Below are positions 49,501-63,191 of a stretch of DNA of 64,000 nucleotides, one piece after another. Below the pieces are notes generated by a model. The model had not been told where the DNA came from. It ran no database searches and was given only the letters and a program-made list of their open reading frames with translations. Made by a program: the position numbers and the translations under genes. Source of the stretch: Antedon mediterranea (taxonomy: Eukaryota > Animalia > Echinodermata); NCBI RefSeq assembly GCF_964355755.1, contig NC_092674.1:1550001-1614000 (forward strand), given 5' to 3'. Numbering within the stretch: the stretch's first letter is position 1; every line of letters starts with the position of its first letter.

Positions 49501-52500
49501 TGTGTTGTTGATTTAATTTCTGTAACATAGTCTTGTCTGTACCCTGTTAAGTTAAAACATACAATATTATCACATTCTGCAATACAGACACCCTTCTTTG
49601 TATAATGAGAGATTTGATTCAACATGCTATTTTACTTAATTTTACCCCTTATTTCACACAAGAGTGTGAAACAGGCTCTATACCATGGATTATTAAAGAA
49701 TCAACGAAGGAGAGAATTGTTACATTCACACAATCATTAAAGCCTGGTTTCCATAAAATCGCTACACGACAGAGCGTAGCGATTCTATGGAAACGCTAGA
49801 ATTTATCGGGGATCGAGTACGCGAGCGCTAAATATTTTTTGGTACGTGTATACGATTCATCGCCGACAAAATTGGCAAAGTTGAACATGGTTGAACTTTG
49901 CCGATTTGACTGCGATGAATCGGGGAGCCTTCCCGATTGCGTCGGCGACATCTGCGCATGTAGCGATTTTAATGGAAACCAGGCTTTATATAAATGATAC
50001 ATATTTTTGGTATATTTATGTGCATGTTGAGATGAGTGGCAACGTTAATACAAATATAGAATCTATGTTATTCCTTATGACCATTTACACACAACGCGGA
50101 GTTAGTTGTATCTTTAATTATGGTTGGTGTAGTTTTTGGAGATTTTTCAATTATAAATCTATGCGAATGTAAATAATGTTAAATTGAAGTACTTCTAAAG
50201 GCTAATTTACACAGATAGAGTGGTAACGTTAATACAAATATAGAATCTATGTTATTCCTTATGACCATTTACACAAAACACAGAGGTTTTTGCTCAGGAT
50301 TCTACGTTGGACAAGCTACGTGGTTTTCCGCTTCCATTACTGCTTTTGTGCAAATTTACCCCTTATATTCCATTATATACCTGTGCCTTTTTTGTTGTTA
50401 GTCTTTATATCTTTATACATGTTCTTTCTTATGTGCTGCAGTAATTTTGTAACTATGGACATGAATCCGAAATATAAGTAAAATGAAATGATATCACACA
50501 AGTGTAAAACAGGTTTCTATAACATGGAATATAAAAGAATCAATGAGGAAGAGAATGTTTGCAAATCTTACCCTCGGAAAGCGACTTTCTTCATCAACGA
50601 GTGCAAGGATGTTAAGCGGTTTGACAGCTATCATGTCCAGTGTTTCTTGGTTGTCTACAAACTGGATATGCTGCCACTCGATCCCTTCTCTTTCATACTC
50701 TTCCTACAATAAATAGAGAAATCATTTTTCTTAATCTAATTTAATTATAAATGTATGTTCACATTGATAACGGATTCGGTACAGTGACCAAGAGAAAACT
50801 GGTATTTCAATATCACACACATGTTTTGTATGGAATTTGGAATGAGTAAAGCTCTGTCTACACTATCAAATTAGTTGATAAAAAAAACTGTGATGCACCC
50901 AAATATGGTAGTAATATGCCCAAATATGGTAGTGATATGACATTATCCATTAGTTTGATAGTGTAGACAGAGCTTTACTCATTCCAAATTCCATACAAAA
51001 CATGTGTGTGATATTGAAATACCAGTTTTCAGCTTTAGTGTGAATGGTTCTATTCTTAGACACTACACTCATGTTTCATGATTTTTCCAGACTCAGTCTG
51101 AAAGCAGGTTTACAATATAAGGGTTAAATAGTTTAAATAGACTAAAAACTAAATGTATTAAATATATTACCTGTTCAAGTTTAAAAATGTGCTGAACGAA
51201 GAATTGTTGCAGATTCTCATTAGCATAATTTATGCACATTTGTTCAAAACTGGTAAATAACAAATATTAATATAAATATAAATAGTACAAACAAATAAAC
51301 AAATTCAAACATTATAAACAAAATCAATACTTGTGAGAATTTAAACATATCTAACAAATTCTATTCAATACATATAAATAATTTGGAGAATTTGTTATAG
51401 AAAGGCCTTATATCAATTGATGCGTTAATTAAGTTTCACTAAAATAAATAAAGGGAACAATCCAAATCCAACATTTCAACATGAAAAATCAAACATTTTT
51501 TTGCAATCTTAGTATCTAAACTATATATTGTTGTTTTATGTTTACAACAAAATTGTTTACCTGTTTTTTCCAAAATTCTCAAATCCAAAAATGTCTAGCA
51601 CACCGATACTTAAGCGTAAATCTTTGGAGCTCGTTTTGGCGCGATATGTAGCATCGTTTACTTTTCCCACAACCCAGATAAACATTCGTCCATATATGGC
51701 TTTGACAAACGCATCTCGCATGTCAATAGCCTTTGCTTTGTTGACAGGAGATACAACTACTTCTCCGGCAGCTACCGTTCGTTTTGTGGACAGAGCTGTC
51801 TCTAAAGCATTCAGGTCAACCTGTAAAAGAAAAAGACATTATAAAATGTTGAATAGAACAGTTATAATGAGTCATATTGCAAGACTTATTAAACATGTGA
51901 AAGGCTAACATATACTGTATATCCTCGGGTCTAATCCAACCCCCTACTTTATGTCTGATTTCACAAACAGGCATATCCCAAACGGTATAGTCCCAGTATT
52001 GACTTTTGGTCTGGATGTAGGCCTCTCTCTATCTAGGTCAGATGAGTTTTGCATAATAATCATTTCATGATCCAGGGTTTTTTGGGTATAGTTCTACCCT
52101 CCCAAAATCGGCCCAATTTCGTGACCTACAGAGGATACGATAATCTTAATAGTCTGTCAAAATAGATACCAATAAGGCGTTCATAATTTCCGATTTTTAG
52201 CTCTCAAAAGGCAGTGTTCCTCATCTCTAACTCTGCCCCCCTAATTCCTAATATGAAAAGATTGCGAATATTGAAGCTGAATGTAGCTACCGCAATGAAT
52301 CCTTACTAACCTCAAGAATTTTGGCGACTGCTTCTGTCTGTTTGTGACTCCTGAAGCCAATGGCATCCAAGTTCGATGTCTCAATGGCGTCATACTCAAT
52401 GTTTCCAAACTCTAGAACGGATGCTAGAAGTTTCATGACTTCCCAGATCTCACCGTCACTGAAGTTGAGCACTTTCATGGCAGATCGGATGTCTGCAAAG

Positions 52501-55500
52501 TCTTTGACATCATCACGACCATCACAAACCAGACAGTTTCCCTACAAAATGAAAAAAGTGCATTTTAATTATCTTCGTAATTTTTAATGTTTTTTCTATT
52601 TAATCCCAAGAGCTTTATCGGTGTACAAACAACAAGTTTTTCAATATTTTATATATTTGATAATAAATGCTGTGCAAGCAGCGAATTCATCATTAACTGA
52701 CGTAAGAAAATGCGCATCCAATAATTGTGCTTGGACCCGCCAGCATAAAATCAAACCGGGTTGGTCGCCATTCGTTGCTACGTAGACCCTGACTTGTTTC
52801 ACCTCACGTACTTGATTACGTGCTGTAACAGGCATTGTTGCATAAAATCAATTTATTTTCTTTAGCAACTGTTTGTAGTACTTTTTCTTCAGTTTCCACT
52901 CGTGATTACACAATACAGCATTTCGCATTGATGCATTGCTGTGTTGCGTTACATCTCTAGGGGGAATCATGCTAAAAAGGGAAACATTTTACACTTTTCA
53001 GGAAAATATTTAAAGTAGTACCTGAGTAAGATAGTAATAGTCCTCTGCCCTGGTAAGACCCAGTTGTTGTTTCTCGCTAGATGACATACCAGCAAGCATA
53101 CAGTAAAATATATGATAATTACGTTCCTCTTCAAGTTGGCCGATAATTCGTGACTTCTCAAGCAGATATTGCTCAATTTGAGCGCCCTCTATTGCTCCTT
53201 GCTGATTGAAGTGAATGTCAATATATTTTCCAAATCTACTAGAATTGTCGTTTCGTATAGTTTTAGCATTTCCCAGAGCTGTTTTTGGAGGAATGAGAGA
53301 ATATTAGTCTAGAATATTTGTGGGAACTCATTTGTTGAGTGGGAACTTGAATGTGTTCTCAATGGTGAGCAACAGCAAAAGACTGACGCATAGTTTTTAT
53401 ATCTCACCTTCTAGGATTGGATTAGATTCAAGAATCTGTTGCTCAATCCACGAGTGTTGAGCACTGACTGCAGCTAAGAACTGGAGGATGAGCTTAGTGT
53501 TCTCAGTCTTGCCTGCTCCACTCTCACCACTATAAGAGAAGATTGCATTTATAGGAAAAGACAATGCTGGAGATGTAAGGCTTGTCCGTATATGGGCACA
53601 GCACATTTTTTTGTCACATAAAGTATGTTAGTGTAGACAGAGCGTAACGTACCTAATGATGACGCATTGGTTTTGCTGCCCTCGCAGCATGCGATAGTAT
53701 GCATTATCAGCGATGGCAAAGATGTGCGGTGGTTTCTCACCAATCTTTTTATCTTTGTACTCTGTGATCTGTTGGCCTGTGTAGATTGGTAGGATCTGGT
53801 AGGGGTTCACTGCTACTAGAATGGATCCAGTAAAAGTCTACAAGAAAAAATAAATATACATGGAAGTCTTTATAAAGTATACAAGAAAAAATTAAGATTA
53901 AATGGATCCAGTGAAAGTCTTTATAAAATATACAAGAGAAAATACATGATTAAATGGATCCAGTGAAAGTCTTCATACGATATACAAGAGACTAAATGTA
54001 TGATTGAGACAATTGTTAGAATTCACATCTACAATTAAATAGATTTAATTTGGAAACATTTTCTTTTATACTGCAAATAACACATTTCCCTAATAAATTA
54101 ATAAAAAGTTAAAATGTATATTAGCATTAAATAGAATTAAAGTCAACCTAATATAATAATAAATATCCTAAACCAAACATTGAAGGATCTATTTTGGTAT
54201 TAGCTACCAGCACATAATTCAAAGTAAAACATTGATATACAGTACAGCTCTTTATTACCTTGAATTTACCTTTAACTTCCGACATTGGGACATTAGTTAA
54301 ATGTATAATGAATGTTCTTTGTCTATTGTGTTTATATTATATATATCTATACTAAATACATATTTTGTTTAAAGATCCCCAAAAATCATGAAAAATAAAG
54401 ATTTATAAATCAGATTTTAACAGCCCATTTTGCAGTTTTAATTAAGTTATTCACTTGCATAGAAAAAAAATTATCATTTCACTTATAAAAAGTCAAAATT
54501 GTAACCAAAAACCATTGTCTGACAGACAATTTAAGTATTTTTTGCTGTTTTTTTTTGGATCCAGTTTTTGGTCAAAGTGAATAACTGTTATTTGACATTA
54601 AAATGGCATATCCAACACAAATATATCTTTAATAACATAAAGCCTGATATCTAACAACTATTTCTCTAATTTCTCAAGATGATCACAAAGACAGCACCTG
54701 CTAATACTTTCACTGTCATTTAATAAATACAAATTCAACTGATTTGTAGAAAGATACACAGCCAATGGCAAAAAGGATGAAAACATGTTTATATAATATT
54801 ACTAGCGAGGGGTCGAGACAAAGCCAAGATGGATCGTGATGGATGTATTTATACGTCAAATTTTAGGACAATACATCTTTAAAAACCTTAGAATTCTTCA
54901 CAATAAATATAAATAAATAATAATAATTGCTTATATAGTGCTTTTCCACATTGATTAAAGCACTACACATTATGATTAGGTCTACAATTTTGATTTACAA
55001 TTTTTAGATATAAAAATAAAGATCTCTATTAATTAAAATTACTGTACATATAGGAAATAAATACATATATATAATATAGTAAATACAAAGCTTGTTTAAA
55101 AAAAAGTTATATTTCCATATGACAGCAAAAGTAAGCAACAAAATAAAAATACATAAAAATAATACATATCTCTATGTTTGGTTTATGATCATTCAATATG
55201 CAGAATTTAGATTTTTTATTGACTTTTAAATACTCCAATACAAATTGAGAAAAATCAATATCGACTCTTTTAATTTGATCCCTAGTTTCCCGGGAGGTGA
55301 CAAAAGAATGATTGAAGAATGAGATGGTCCCTAGATGCAGGTGTTATATGCACGTTTAAAAATAATGTAGTCATTTTATTTTTACAATAAGGCCAAATAA
55401 AAAAATATACTTGTTAAGCGTCACACCCTCATACATTTTCAGGGGCGGGGGGACGGTTTTTTTTTTTTTTTTTTTACTTTTTATAGAGGTATATTTTTGC

Positions 55501-58500
55501 GCGGTGGACGTTTTTCCCCACTTTTTTAGGACGAAACGTCAAACTTTTAAAATGCGAAACAGAACAAAATTGACTATGTATGAAATATTATTGCTTATGA
55601 CAAAATTGAGTTTTGTATTGTTTATATCCAGACGTAATTAAAACATTAAATTTAATTGCCACCAAGCGAAATTGTAGGCCTTAGGCTAACTAATCCGTCC
55701 AAGGTGCTACCCCAACCTCACTCATCGGCCATCCGCCGACTCTCGCTCGACTCATCTATCAAGAAATTCCCTATCGCGAGAAGCATGATTTGGTCTCAAT
55801 AATACTAAATAGTGGGCTGATTTATAGTTTGAAAACAGCTTACGGCATTTCTTAAGTGAATTTTTATTCAACGTATTCATTCTTCTTTGATGAATCCTTT
55901 GCCAATTGCTGTGTAAATCAGTATTTAAAGTTGTGATGCAAAAAGTGTATGTAATTATTCCGGTTATTCCAGGCAGGTAAACCAGGCATAAGGAAACCCA
56001 TCGCCCAACAGGACCTCGTGGTGTGCCGATCTCGAGCGCGAGATCATCGTAAACAAAATTGGTAGAGTCCATTATGTATAGGGTGTTTCCTATTTACGAA
56101 CCTATAAAAAAACGCGCTTCGACCACTGTGTAGGCAAAATATTGATTTCGTTAAATCCCTAAATTGATAATCGCGTATTCTGTAATCACGTGACTGATGA
56201 TGTAATCATCAGCGACGTACTAAATGCACATGATTTAATGTGTTGGGGAAAAAGCTTGCTGTTTACCACATTACATGATTCACGGTGCTATTCGCGTTTC
56301 CTTTACGTAAATCGGCGGCGTGTAAATGAAACAATTGTTTTCACCAATTTGCCGTTGTCGACATAGAGCGATCGGCGGCTAGCGTTGTCTAAGCTAAAAA
56401 GTATGTATTTTTTCAAAAATTACACTAGCCTAACAAACATTTGCTAGTTTTGAAATTTTCAAATAGCAATTATGAAGAATCTACTAGCAAAATGCTAGTT
56501 TGCTAGCGTGAATTTCGAGCCCTACTCTGGAGCTGGGTCGGGCCGCTGAACTTTCCGTTGTATATCGGTAAAAAAAAAATAAAAATAAAAAGAGAGGCGG
56601 CTGGATAATCAGGAGCGGGCGGTGACGCTTAACAAGTATGTTTTTTTATTTGGCCTAATATAAAGTTTTTATTCCTATGGATACTTACGTATATCAAGTT
56701 TTCTTGATATCTGATCAACAGATTACGCAATATTCCAGCTTCGTGGAGATCACCTAAACGTATCATGTCCTCAACGCCCTCTATGGATGTAATGTGCATC
56801 ATCCGCAGCTTCTGTGCCAGATCTGCTGACATCCAATGATCCTGAAAAAAAAAAAATTATTGATACAAATTATCAGATCTGTTTATGGTGAAGAAACCAC
56901 ATACATTAAAAGAAAGTTACAGAAAGTAACTTGCTCACTATTAGACTCATTTTCTTGAATAATTCAAGCTCAAAACTTACATAAAAAGTGTTATTATAAT
57001 AAATTAATGAAGATTACTGATGAAACTTGATGAATTACACGAGATGGGGAAGGGAATACACTCATGAAGTTAATAATAATAAATAAATAATAAAAAATAG
57101 GCTTTATACTATGAGGCAGTAACAATGTTGAATGGAGGATAAATATTATCCAAATAGAATTAGGAATAATTGATTACCTTGCCCTCATCGTCTTGCAGCT
57201 GAAGTTGACCTGAATCGGCAATCTTGACCCGAGCGCCAATGGGTACATCATTTGACTGTTTCTTGTTCTGTTTACGTGGATCTTCCAGCCACACATAATC
57301 ACCCTGTAAACAAACGAATCATTCCTACAATTAAGCACTTGTCAATTGTATGACCCACTATACGACCCCAGGAGAGGTGCATCATGGGTGCGTCATTTAC
57401 AAATAATTACAATTAATAATTAATTATAATTATTATTAATAATTAAAAACACACGCTAGTTTGTAATGTAATCGCCGTGTAAAAAACTGTGTGATACCAC
57501 TATATTACAATTTGAAAGACTTTTATGTGAATCAGATTGGAATGTCAATAATAAAACATTAATATCACTAATAATTGATTATCATCAACAATTATGGTGA
57601 TTTCTCTGTAATCTTGCAGTCCAACTTTCTAGAATTTAAATCTCACAGGTTTTGAAAACTACTAGAATTGTAATTTTCCATAAATTCCATTACACTACTA
57701 ATAACTCTACAAAAATACAATAGCATTCATGTCCCTGTATTAGCACAATTCATTCATTCAACAAATATCGTAACAACACAATTTTGTTGAATGTACTCAG
57801 TGGAGCGTGCGATGGTGGTTTGTGACACCTCTTGCCACAGTACCTCTGATCACGGTTGAACGCACACAAACGACTACTCCCTTTAATACGGCTGACGCTG
57901 TGCGTTGGTGCTAGGATTAGTGCAAAAAGGGTGTGTGTCATTATTTGATGATAACGGCCTTAACGGAATTCCTTACTTCGTAGGGAGACCCAATATAATA
58001 AATACATGGATAAAATTAGGTATATTTCATCCCTTTGGCTGGTACAATATTCTGGCAAAGAATCTGGTCGTCTGAATATAGTACATATTAAAAAGATTGA
58101 AATTTTGTTTGAGACCTACAATAAGAAACATATGATACTGAAGATAAATATTCTCCGTGCATGCATTACTGTTTTCACCAATTACGAAGACTTATTTGTT
58201 AAAAAATTGATACCAATGCAGATATTCCATATTTTAGTATCTATTGACATTAAAGGCAAAACTTAATTGAAAATCTATTTTCTTTGTAACAGTGAATTCA
58301 TGCTTATCTATGATAAACATTTACTCCGCATCAATCAATAACAAAAAGGTAAATAAATGGTCGAAGCAAGGGCAAAGGTTTTGCCATTTTAGTCAATTTA
58401 GATACACTGTACAGTATAATGCGGAAATTAAACCCAAGCTGGTAGACACAGAGAGAGGGGTTCAAAGTATTAAACAAACGCTTGTGCCCTTTAAAACTAA

Positions 58501-59939
58501 AGGCCGGAAATTATGAAATATGCCTAATTATCTTATCTCCTGACGACTTTTTGCAGCAAAAAAGTCTCCTGTAAAATCATCATCATAAAATCATGGGTAC
58601 GGACATGATTGACGAAAACGTTATGTTGTTGTTATTGTAGTGTAATGTTGTAAATTTTAGTTTTACCATTAGACCAAAAAGAAAATGATAACTTGGTTTG
58701 TCAATGTAATTACATTTTCACGTTAAAATATATTAATTACGTCACAACATATGTTGCCCATCTTTGATTGTTATTTGATATTAGGATATTATTATAGGCT
58801 TCTAATATATTCATTGTTCATTTATTAATATGGTAAAGTTATCAAATTACTGAAAATGCCAATATTGACAATTACACAGTTAATATGTGGAAGGTAGTCA
58901 ATGTACTGTATGCAAAAAGAATTGAATTTTAAATTGTACTTTAAAAGACATCATGTAATTGGCCTACGGCTGTTGGGTGTGATTGAGTATAAAATAAATA
59001 AATAAATTGAGGTGACGGAAGTGAAGTACTGAACACATCAGAGGTGGATACAGGAAAACATTTTATATTAATATCTGTCAAAAATTGATACAAAATAATG
59101 TTATTTAGCTGTCAAAATGGGGGAGCACGCACCCCACGCCTTACCCCGCACCACACGCCTTACCCTCTGGATCTACCCCCATGCACGTTATCAATTATCA
59201 AATGACAAAGTTAAACAGGAAATGCTTCTGAGTACAAGTGGGTTTTCAGTCGTATTTTGAATGTGTTTGAACATTTTCTTATGTCTTTACATTATAGTCT
59301 TTATTAGTTGGTAATATTATACAATGTATAAGAAAGAAATTAGCAATTGAGGTAGAGGAGAGGTTGCTAAGGAAACGTACACACCCTTTACAGTATGCTT
59401 TGCCTATCCACTATTCTTTAGAATCAAGTAAAATTTTAAGTTTGTGAAGGTCAGTTACAAATACTGTAAGTAAAATATTAAAATGTTTTCAATAAGTTTC
59501 AAGAATTAAGAAAATTGAACGAAACTGAAATTAAAGCAGAGCTACAGAGTAGGGAGTGACTCAGATTAAACAGTAAGTCTGTTCTTTATGTTATTTACTT
59601 ACTGACTGGTATCAGTTGTATTATATGTTAACCCCTTGTAGTATGTGCTGGCAATTGTTTGCCAAATGGGCAGTCCTAACAACTCTGCTACACGTTTTAC
59701 ATACATCAGTTGTGTCTGATTTGCATTTAGGATTAATAATAAATTTGATGTATGAAAAACTTTCTGCAAGATTCGAACCTGATTCCCTTAATGACATACT
59801 GTACCATACCATTAGACCAGAGTAAGATATTTCACAGATGTACTATTCATATTATGCACAGTACTGTAATTATATGCTATTTTGTAAAAGTTATTCTGAA
59901 AAAAAAAACATCAAAACTTACTTTAGTTAAAACGACCAT
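34530..59939 (-). CDS. MYO7A: Unconventional myosin VIIa (motor, 5 IQ, SAH/coiled region, MyTH4-FERM-SH3-MyTH4-FERM)
   Basis: About 43 exons. N-terminus MVVLTK|[15 protein letters not shown]; [19 protein letters not shown]; P-loop GESGAGKTE; [16 protein letters not shown]; LDIFGFE; IQ motifs; [22 protein letters not shown]; [18 protein letters not shown]; SH3 [18 protein letters not shown]; [13 protein letters not shown]; C-terminus [29 protein letters not shown]. Confidence 0.97.
37821..37922 (-). other. U12-type AT-AC intron in myosin VIIa (second MyTH4 domain)
   Basis: Donor G|ATATCCTTTT, branch TCCTTAAT, acceptor GCAC|CT. Splicing gives [13 protein letters not shown]. Confidence 0.92.
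38330..39312 (+). mobile_element. 5'-truncated, frameshifted LINE (RT domain and 3' end), antisense in a myo7a intron
   Basis: RT motifs [19 protein letters not shown] and LCYADD; YLGH thumb region in the next frame; stop and frameshifts; AATAAA followed by a (TCAAA)n tail at ~39286-39311. Confidence 0.9.
41710..41940. mobile_element. Mariner/pogo-like MITE
   Basis: TA-CCGTATATCCTCTGGTATAATCC ... GGATTATACCAGCGGTATAT imperfect TIRs. A related copy at ~51915-52140 shares CTTTTGGTCTGGATGTAGGCCTCTCTCT. Confidence 0.6.
42689..42828 (-). mobile_element. Short tRNA-derived SINE (family 2), second copy
   Basis: Colinear with 26059-26216. Confidence 0.7.
44454..44613. mobile_element. hAT-like MITE
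   Basis: TIR CAGTGGCGTAAC / GTTACGCCACTG; 8-bp flanks ACTCAGAC and ACTCCAAC (6/8 match). Confidence 0.7.
49079..49408. repeat. 41-bp minisatellite, 8 copies, abutting a myo7a splice donor
   Basis: Unit CCAACTCTTTTCTCTAAGTTTGGTAGCARTACYATAASTTA at 41-bp spacing from 49079 to 49407. Confidence 0.95.
49741..49985. mobile_element. MITE with AGCCTGGTTTCCAT TIRs (TWA flanks, Harbinger-like)
   Basis: AGCCTGGTTTCCATAAAATCGCTACA ... TGTAGCGATTTTAATGGAAACCAGGCT. Confidence 0.8.
50794..51030. repeat. Perfect 77-bp inverted repeat centred on a family A MITE
   Basis: 50794-50870 is the exact reverse complement of 50954-51030. Confidence 0.95.
55391..56655. mobile_element. Non-autonomous DNA transposon, GGCC-terminal TIRs, TAA TSD
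   Basis: GGCCAAATAAAAAAATATACTTGTTAAGCGTCAC / GTGACGCTTAACAAGTATGTTTTTTTATTTGGCC, with TAA on both sides. Architecture is like 17731-19035. Confidence 0.85.
59363..59376. promoter_or_regulatory. Candidate RFX X-box in the first coding intron of myo7a
   Basis: GTTGCTAAGGAAAC fits the RFX imperfect-palindrome consensus. Confidence 0.4.
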
Positions 59940-62900
59940 TGTTGCTGTCAGATGTAACCATACATGTGTAACAAAATATTGACTCTCTTGTGAGAATGAC
60001 AGGAGCTTGTTACAGCTTTGAGATCAACGTGGTACTGATGCCTTAGATGCTCAGAAGACCAGATACTTGATGCGATTCAACTCTAATAAGACCAAATACA
60101 TTTCATAAGAAATCAACATGATGTGCATTGTACTTCATGAATATTTCTATGAAAACTGCTTTCATTTTAAAAATATTTTTGTCAACGATTCTTTTGACTG
60201 TTTTATCCATTCTTTACTACTTCCTATGTATTTTTGAATATTTTATTGGTGATGATGATAGATTACGATACTTAAATTACTGTACTTGCTCCTATATTAA
60301 ATTATATACATTTTTTTAAATTACCAAATAGATATTATTATTAAATATTTTATTAAAATATAAAATTAAAAATAATAATATTTTCTTGAATTATATTACT
60401 ATTTTATATTGCCAATTTTTCAGCAATTTATAGGTACAATACTATTAATGATCTGTCACGACTTCCAGGGTCTGCTGGACCTAATACCTGTAGCCTATTG
60501 GGGGAGACTTGGGAGGTCTGACATGCATCATAGGTTACCAGGAAATACAACAGCTACTATATTTAATAATGTTGCATTTTAATTTTAAAAAGCACCACAG
60601 TACCTGTAGTATATTTCTTTAGTATAAAAGTTTTCTGACCTTTTTAACAAATTGCTTATTATTGTTAAATGGTTCATTGTTACAAAAACCCACAATTCTG
60701 TAGAATTTATAATTAGTGTATTTTGATACATTGAGTTTTGTTTTTCCGTTATTTGAGAATATTCTCAGCATTTAGTTAGCACTCAACAAACAAGCTTAAA
60801 TAATGTGTTTATTATTTGAATCATAAGTACACAACATATTTTCTGTTGAGCACAAAGTCTTCGGAATTGAATGCCAAATGTACAGCTAATATACATGCAT
60901 TAATGTTCTTTGAAATGGGGGGTTGAAATATTTAACAAACGAACATTATTTTCAATACTTGAATGTTAACTTATAATCAGCCAAATATTTAACATAATTA
61001 ACCTATGACATATGACCTATCATCGTCCAATCAAACAGGTTTTAGTTTAGGATGTGTATTTTATTAGAATATGTATAGAGCAATGTATCAATGTTGTATA
61101 ATTTTCTACTTGAATGATTATGGCCTACAGTACTATATGATATGCAGTACTTTGTACTCTAGATCAAAGGTCAATAGTCGATACATGTAAAACACAGAAA
61201 TTCACAAAAATGTGAAAAGTGATTTAAAAGACATATCTAAACAAAATAAGTAATAGTATGTACAGTATGTATATCTAACTAAAATATGTATATTAAATGA
61301 ATCTACAGTGCTGGATCCAGAGGGCTATACCATGCCAATTGGCAAATTACAGTACCACAATCTGAATTAGATTTAGTGGCAGACCAGTGGAGAATAGGGC
61401 ACTTCCTGTTGACATTTATTCATCCAGGACAATAAAATAATTCATGAATGATTCCACCGAACTTTGAGTTAAAATAACTATAGTGAGACATTATTTTAAT
61501 GAATAGGCAGACTGCCTTAAAATGTGACATGTTTCGAGAAACTATTCTCATCATCAGAACAGAAAACAATAATTAATTTTGATATCAACACAGTACACAA
61601 TTTATTAAATTCTGCATGTTAGATGTTCTGAAGCTCTGTCTACACTATCAAACTAGTTTGACAAAAAAGTGTGATATTGTCAAATATGGTAGTGATATGA
61701 CACCATCATGTCTATATAAGGGCACATCACATTTTGTTAACATAAAGTTTGATAGTGTAGACAAGGCTTTAATGTTTTTGTTATTAGTGTCATATTTCCT
61801 TTTTATCCCTACGCCCTCATTTATGATGAGGAAATTCTTGATCCAAATATTGGTTTGATGTGTTCAGTTTGCCATCTTTTATAAATGAAAACGCAATTAG
61901 TAAATCTTGTTCACGTTACGGAACTTTCTCTCAGACACATTATAGAATTGTGCATTATCATATAATTATATAAGTATTAAAGTATAAATTGGAATGTACC
62001 TGTTTGCCTGCCACAGAGGAAGAAACCAATAAACAACAAACGTTATATAATTTATCATTAGTCATTTAGTGACAAATAAAACACTAATATAATAATATCT
62101 ACCTCAGATATGGCATAAATGTCCCCAAACTGCCAAGTCATAAATCGAATAAAAAATATCCACAACCGGTCTCTAGATAAACGTTCACCAGTCAGAAAGG
62201 GTTGGACCATAAACGATAAACCTTTATATTTAATAAGCTACAGTTGAGTTACGCTACACTGAGCTCAAACCATAAAGACTTATACAAACACAAATAAAAT
62301 ACTCATTCTGGTATTCAGTATATGCAAATTACCTCGTTGATGACTCATCTACAGTGGGCTAGACCTGCCTTGTTGCACCCTGATTGTATTTGTGCGGTAG
62401 CCGTTACGTGTGGCATTTGTTCAACAGGTATTGATTGGGAGTTGTTGCTGTTTAATTTCCACTGTAGAGAAAGAGAGAGAAGAATGAGGGGGCTATAACA
62501 ATAATAACTAACACATTGTGAAATAAATACAGCTACAGGTATGAAGTACGATTTATCATCAAGTACATATATACAATGATTATGCATAGACTTGCCCAAA
62601 TCTTTATGGTTGTCTTTACGAGCAGCACTAGTCGGCAATTTCTTACAACATCTCCAAATATTTGGTTGACACATAACTTTATATTGTCAGCTCCATTGTT
62701 TAACTTTAGTCGCAATAATGTGGTAAATTTGTACGGAGAGCTGCTAGCTAAAATAAAGAACGTACTAACCAAAAAAACACCTTCTTCTATACATAATATA
62801 GGTAATGAAAAGGTGGATAGTTAGCTTATCTACTATAGCGCAACGATCCATACTATACAAATAGTATACTAGTTATTTTGACCGATTTTACCGAGACCGA

Positions 62901-63062
62901 TTTTAAACCGAACTCATATAAGCCCTTGAAGGCTAATTACAACCTCGAAGGTGAGAAGGTTACACTGCTGCAAGGCATTCTACCTACTGTACTATAGTAT
63001 AGTATACTATGATGATGATGTTTCAATGAATATTGAATAGGCTGGCACCGGTCAGTCTAATT

Positions 63063-63191
63063 ACCGAAAACAACCGAAAACAACCGAAAACAACCGAAAA
63101 CAACCATAAACAACTGAAAACAACCATAAACAACCGAAAACAACCGAAAACAAACCGAAAACAAAATAACAATATCTAAATACCGAAAACA
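63063..63191. repeat. 10-bp tandem repeat (ACCGAAAACA)n, probably the subterminal repeat of a DNA transposon fragment
   Basis: About 10 copies, preceded by TAGGCTGGCACCGG. Confidence 0.8.

Noticed and set aside
50036-50275. ~57-bp direct repeat (at ~50036 and ~50217) as LTRs
   Set aside because: Too short, with no TG..CA ends, PBS or PPT; a simple local duplication.
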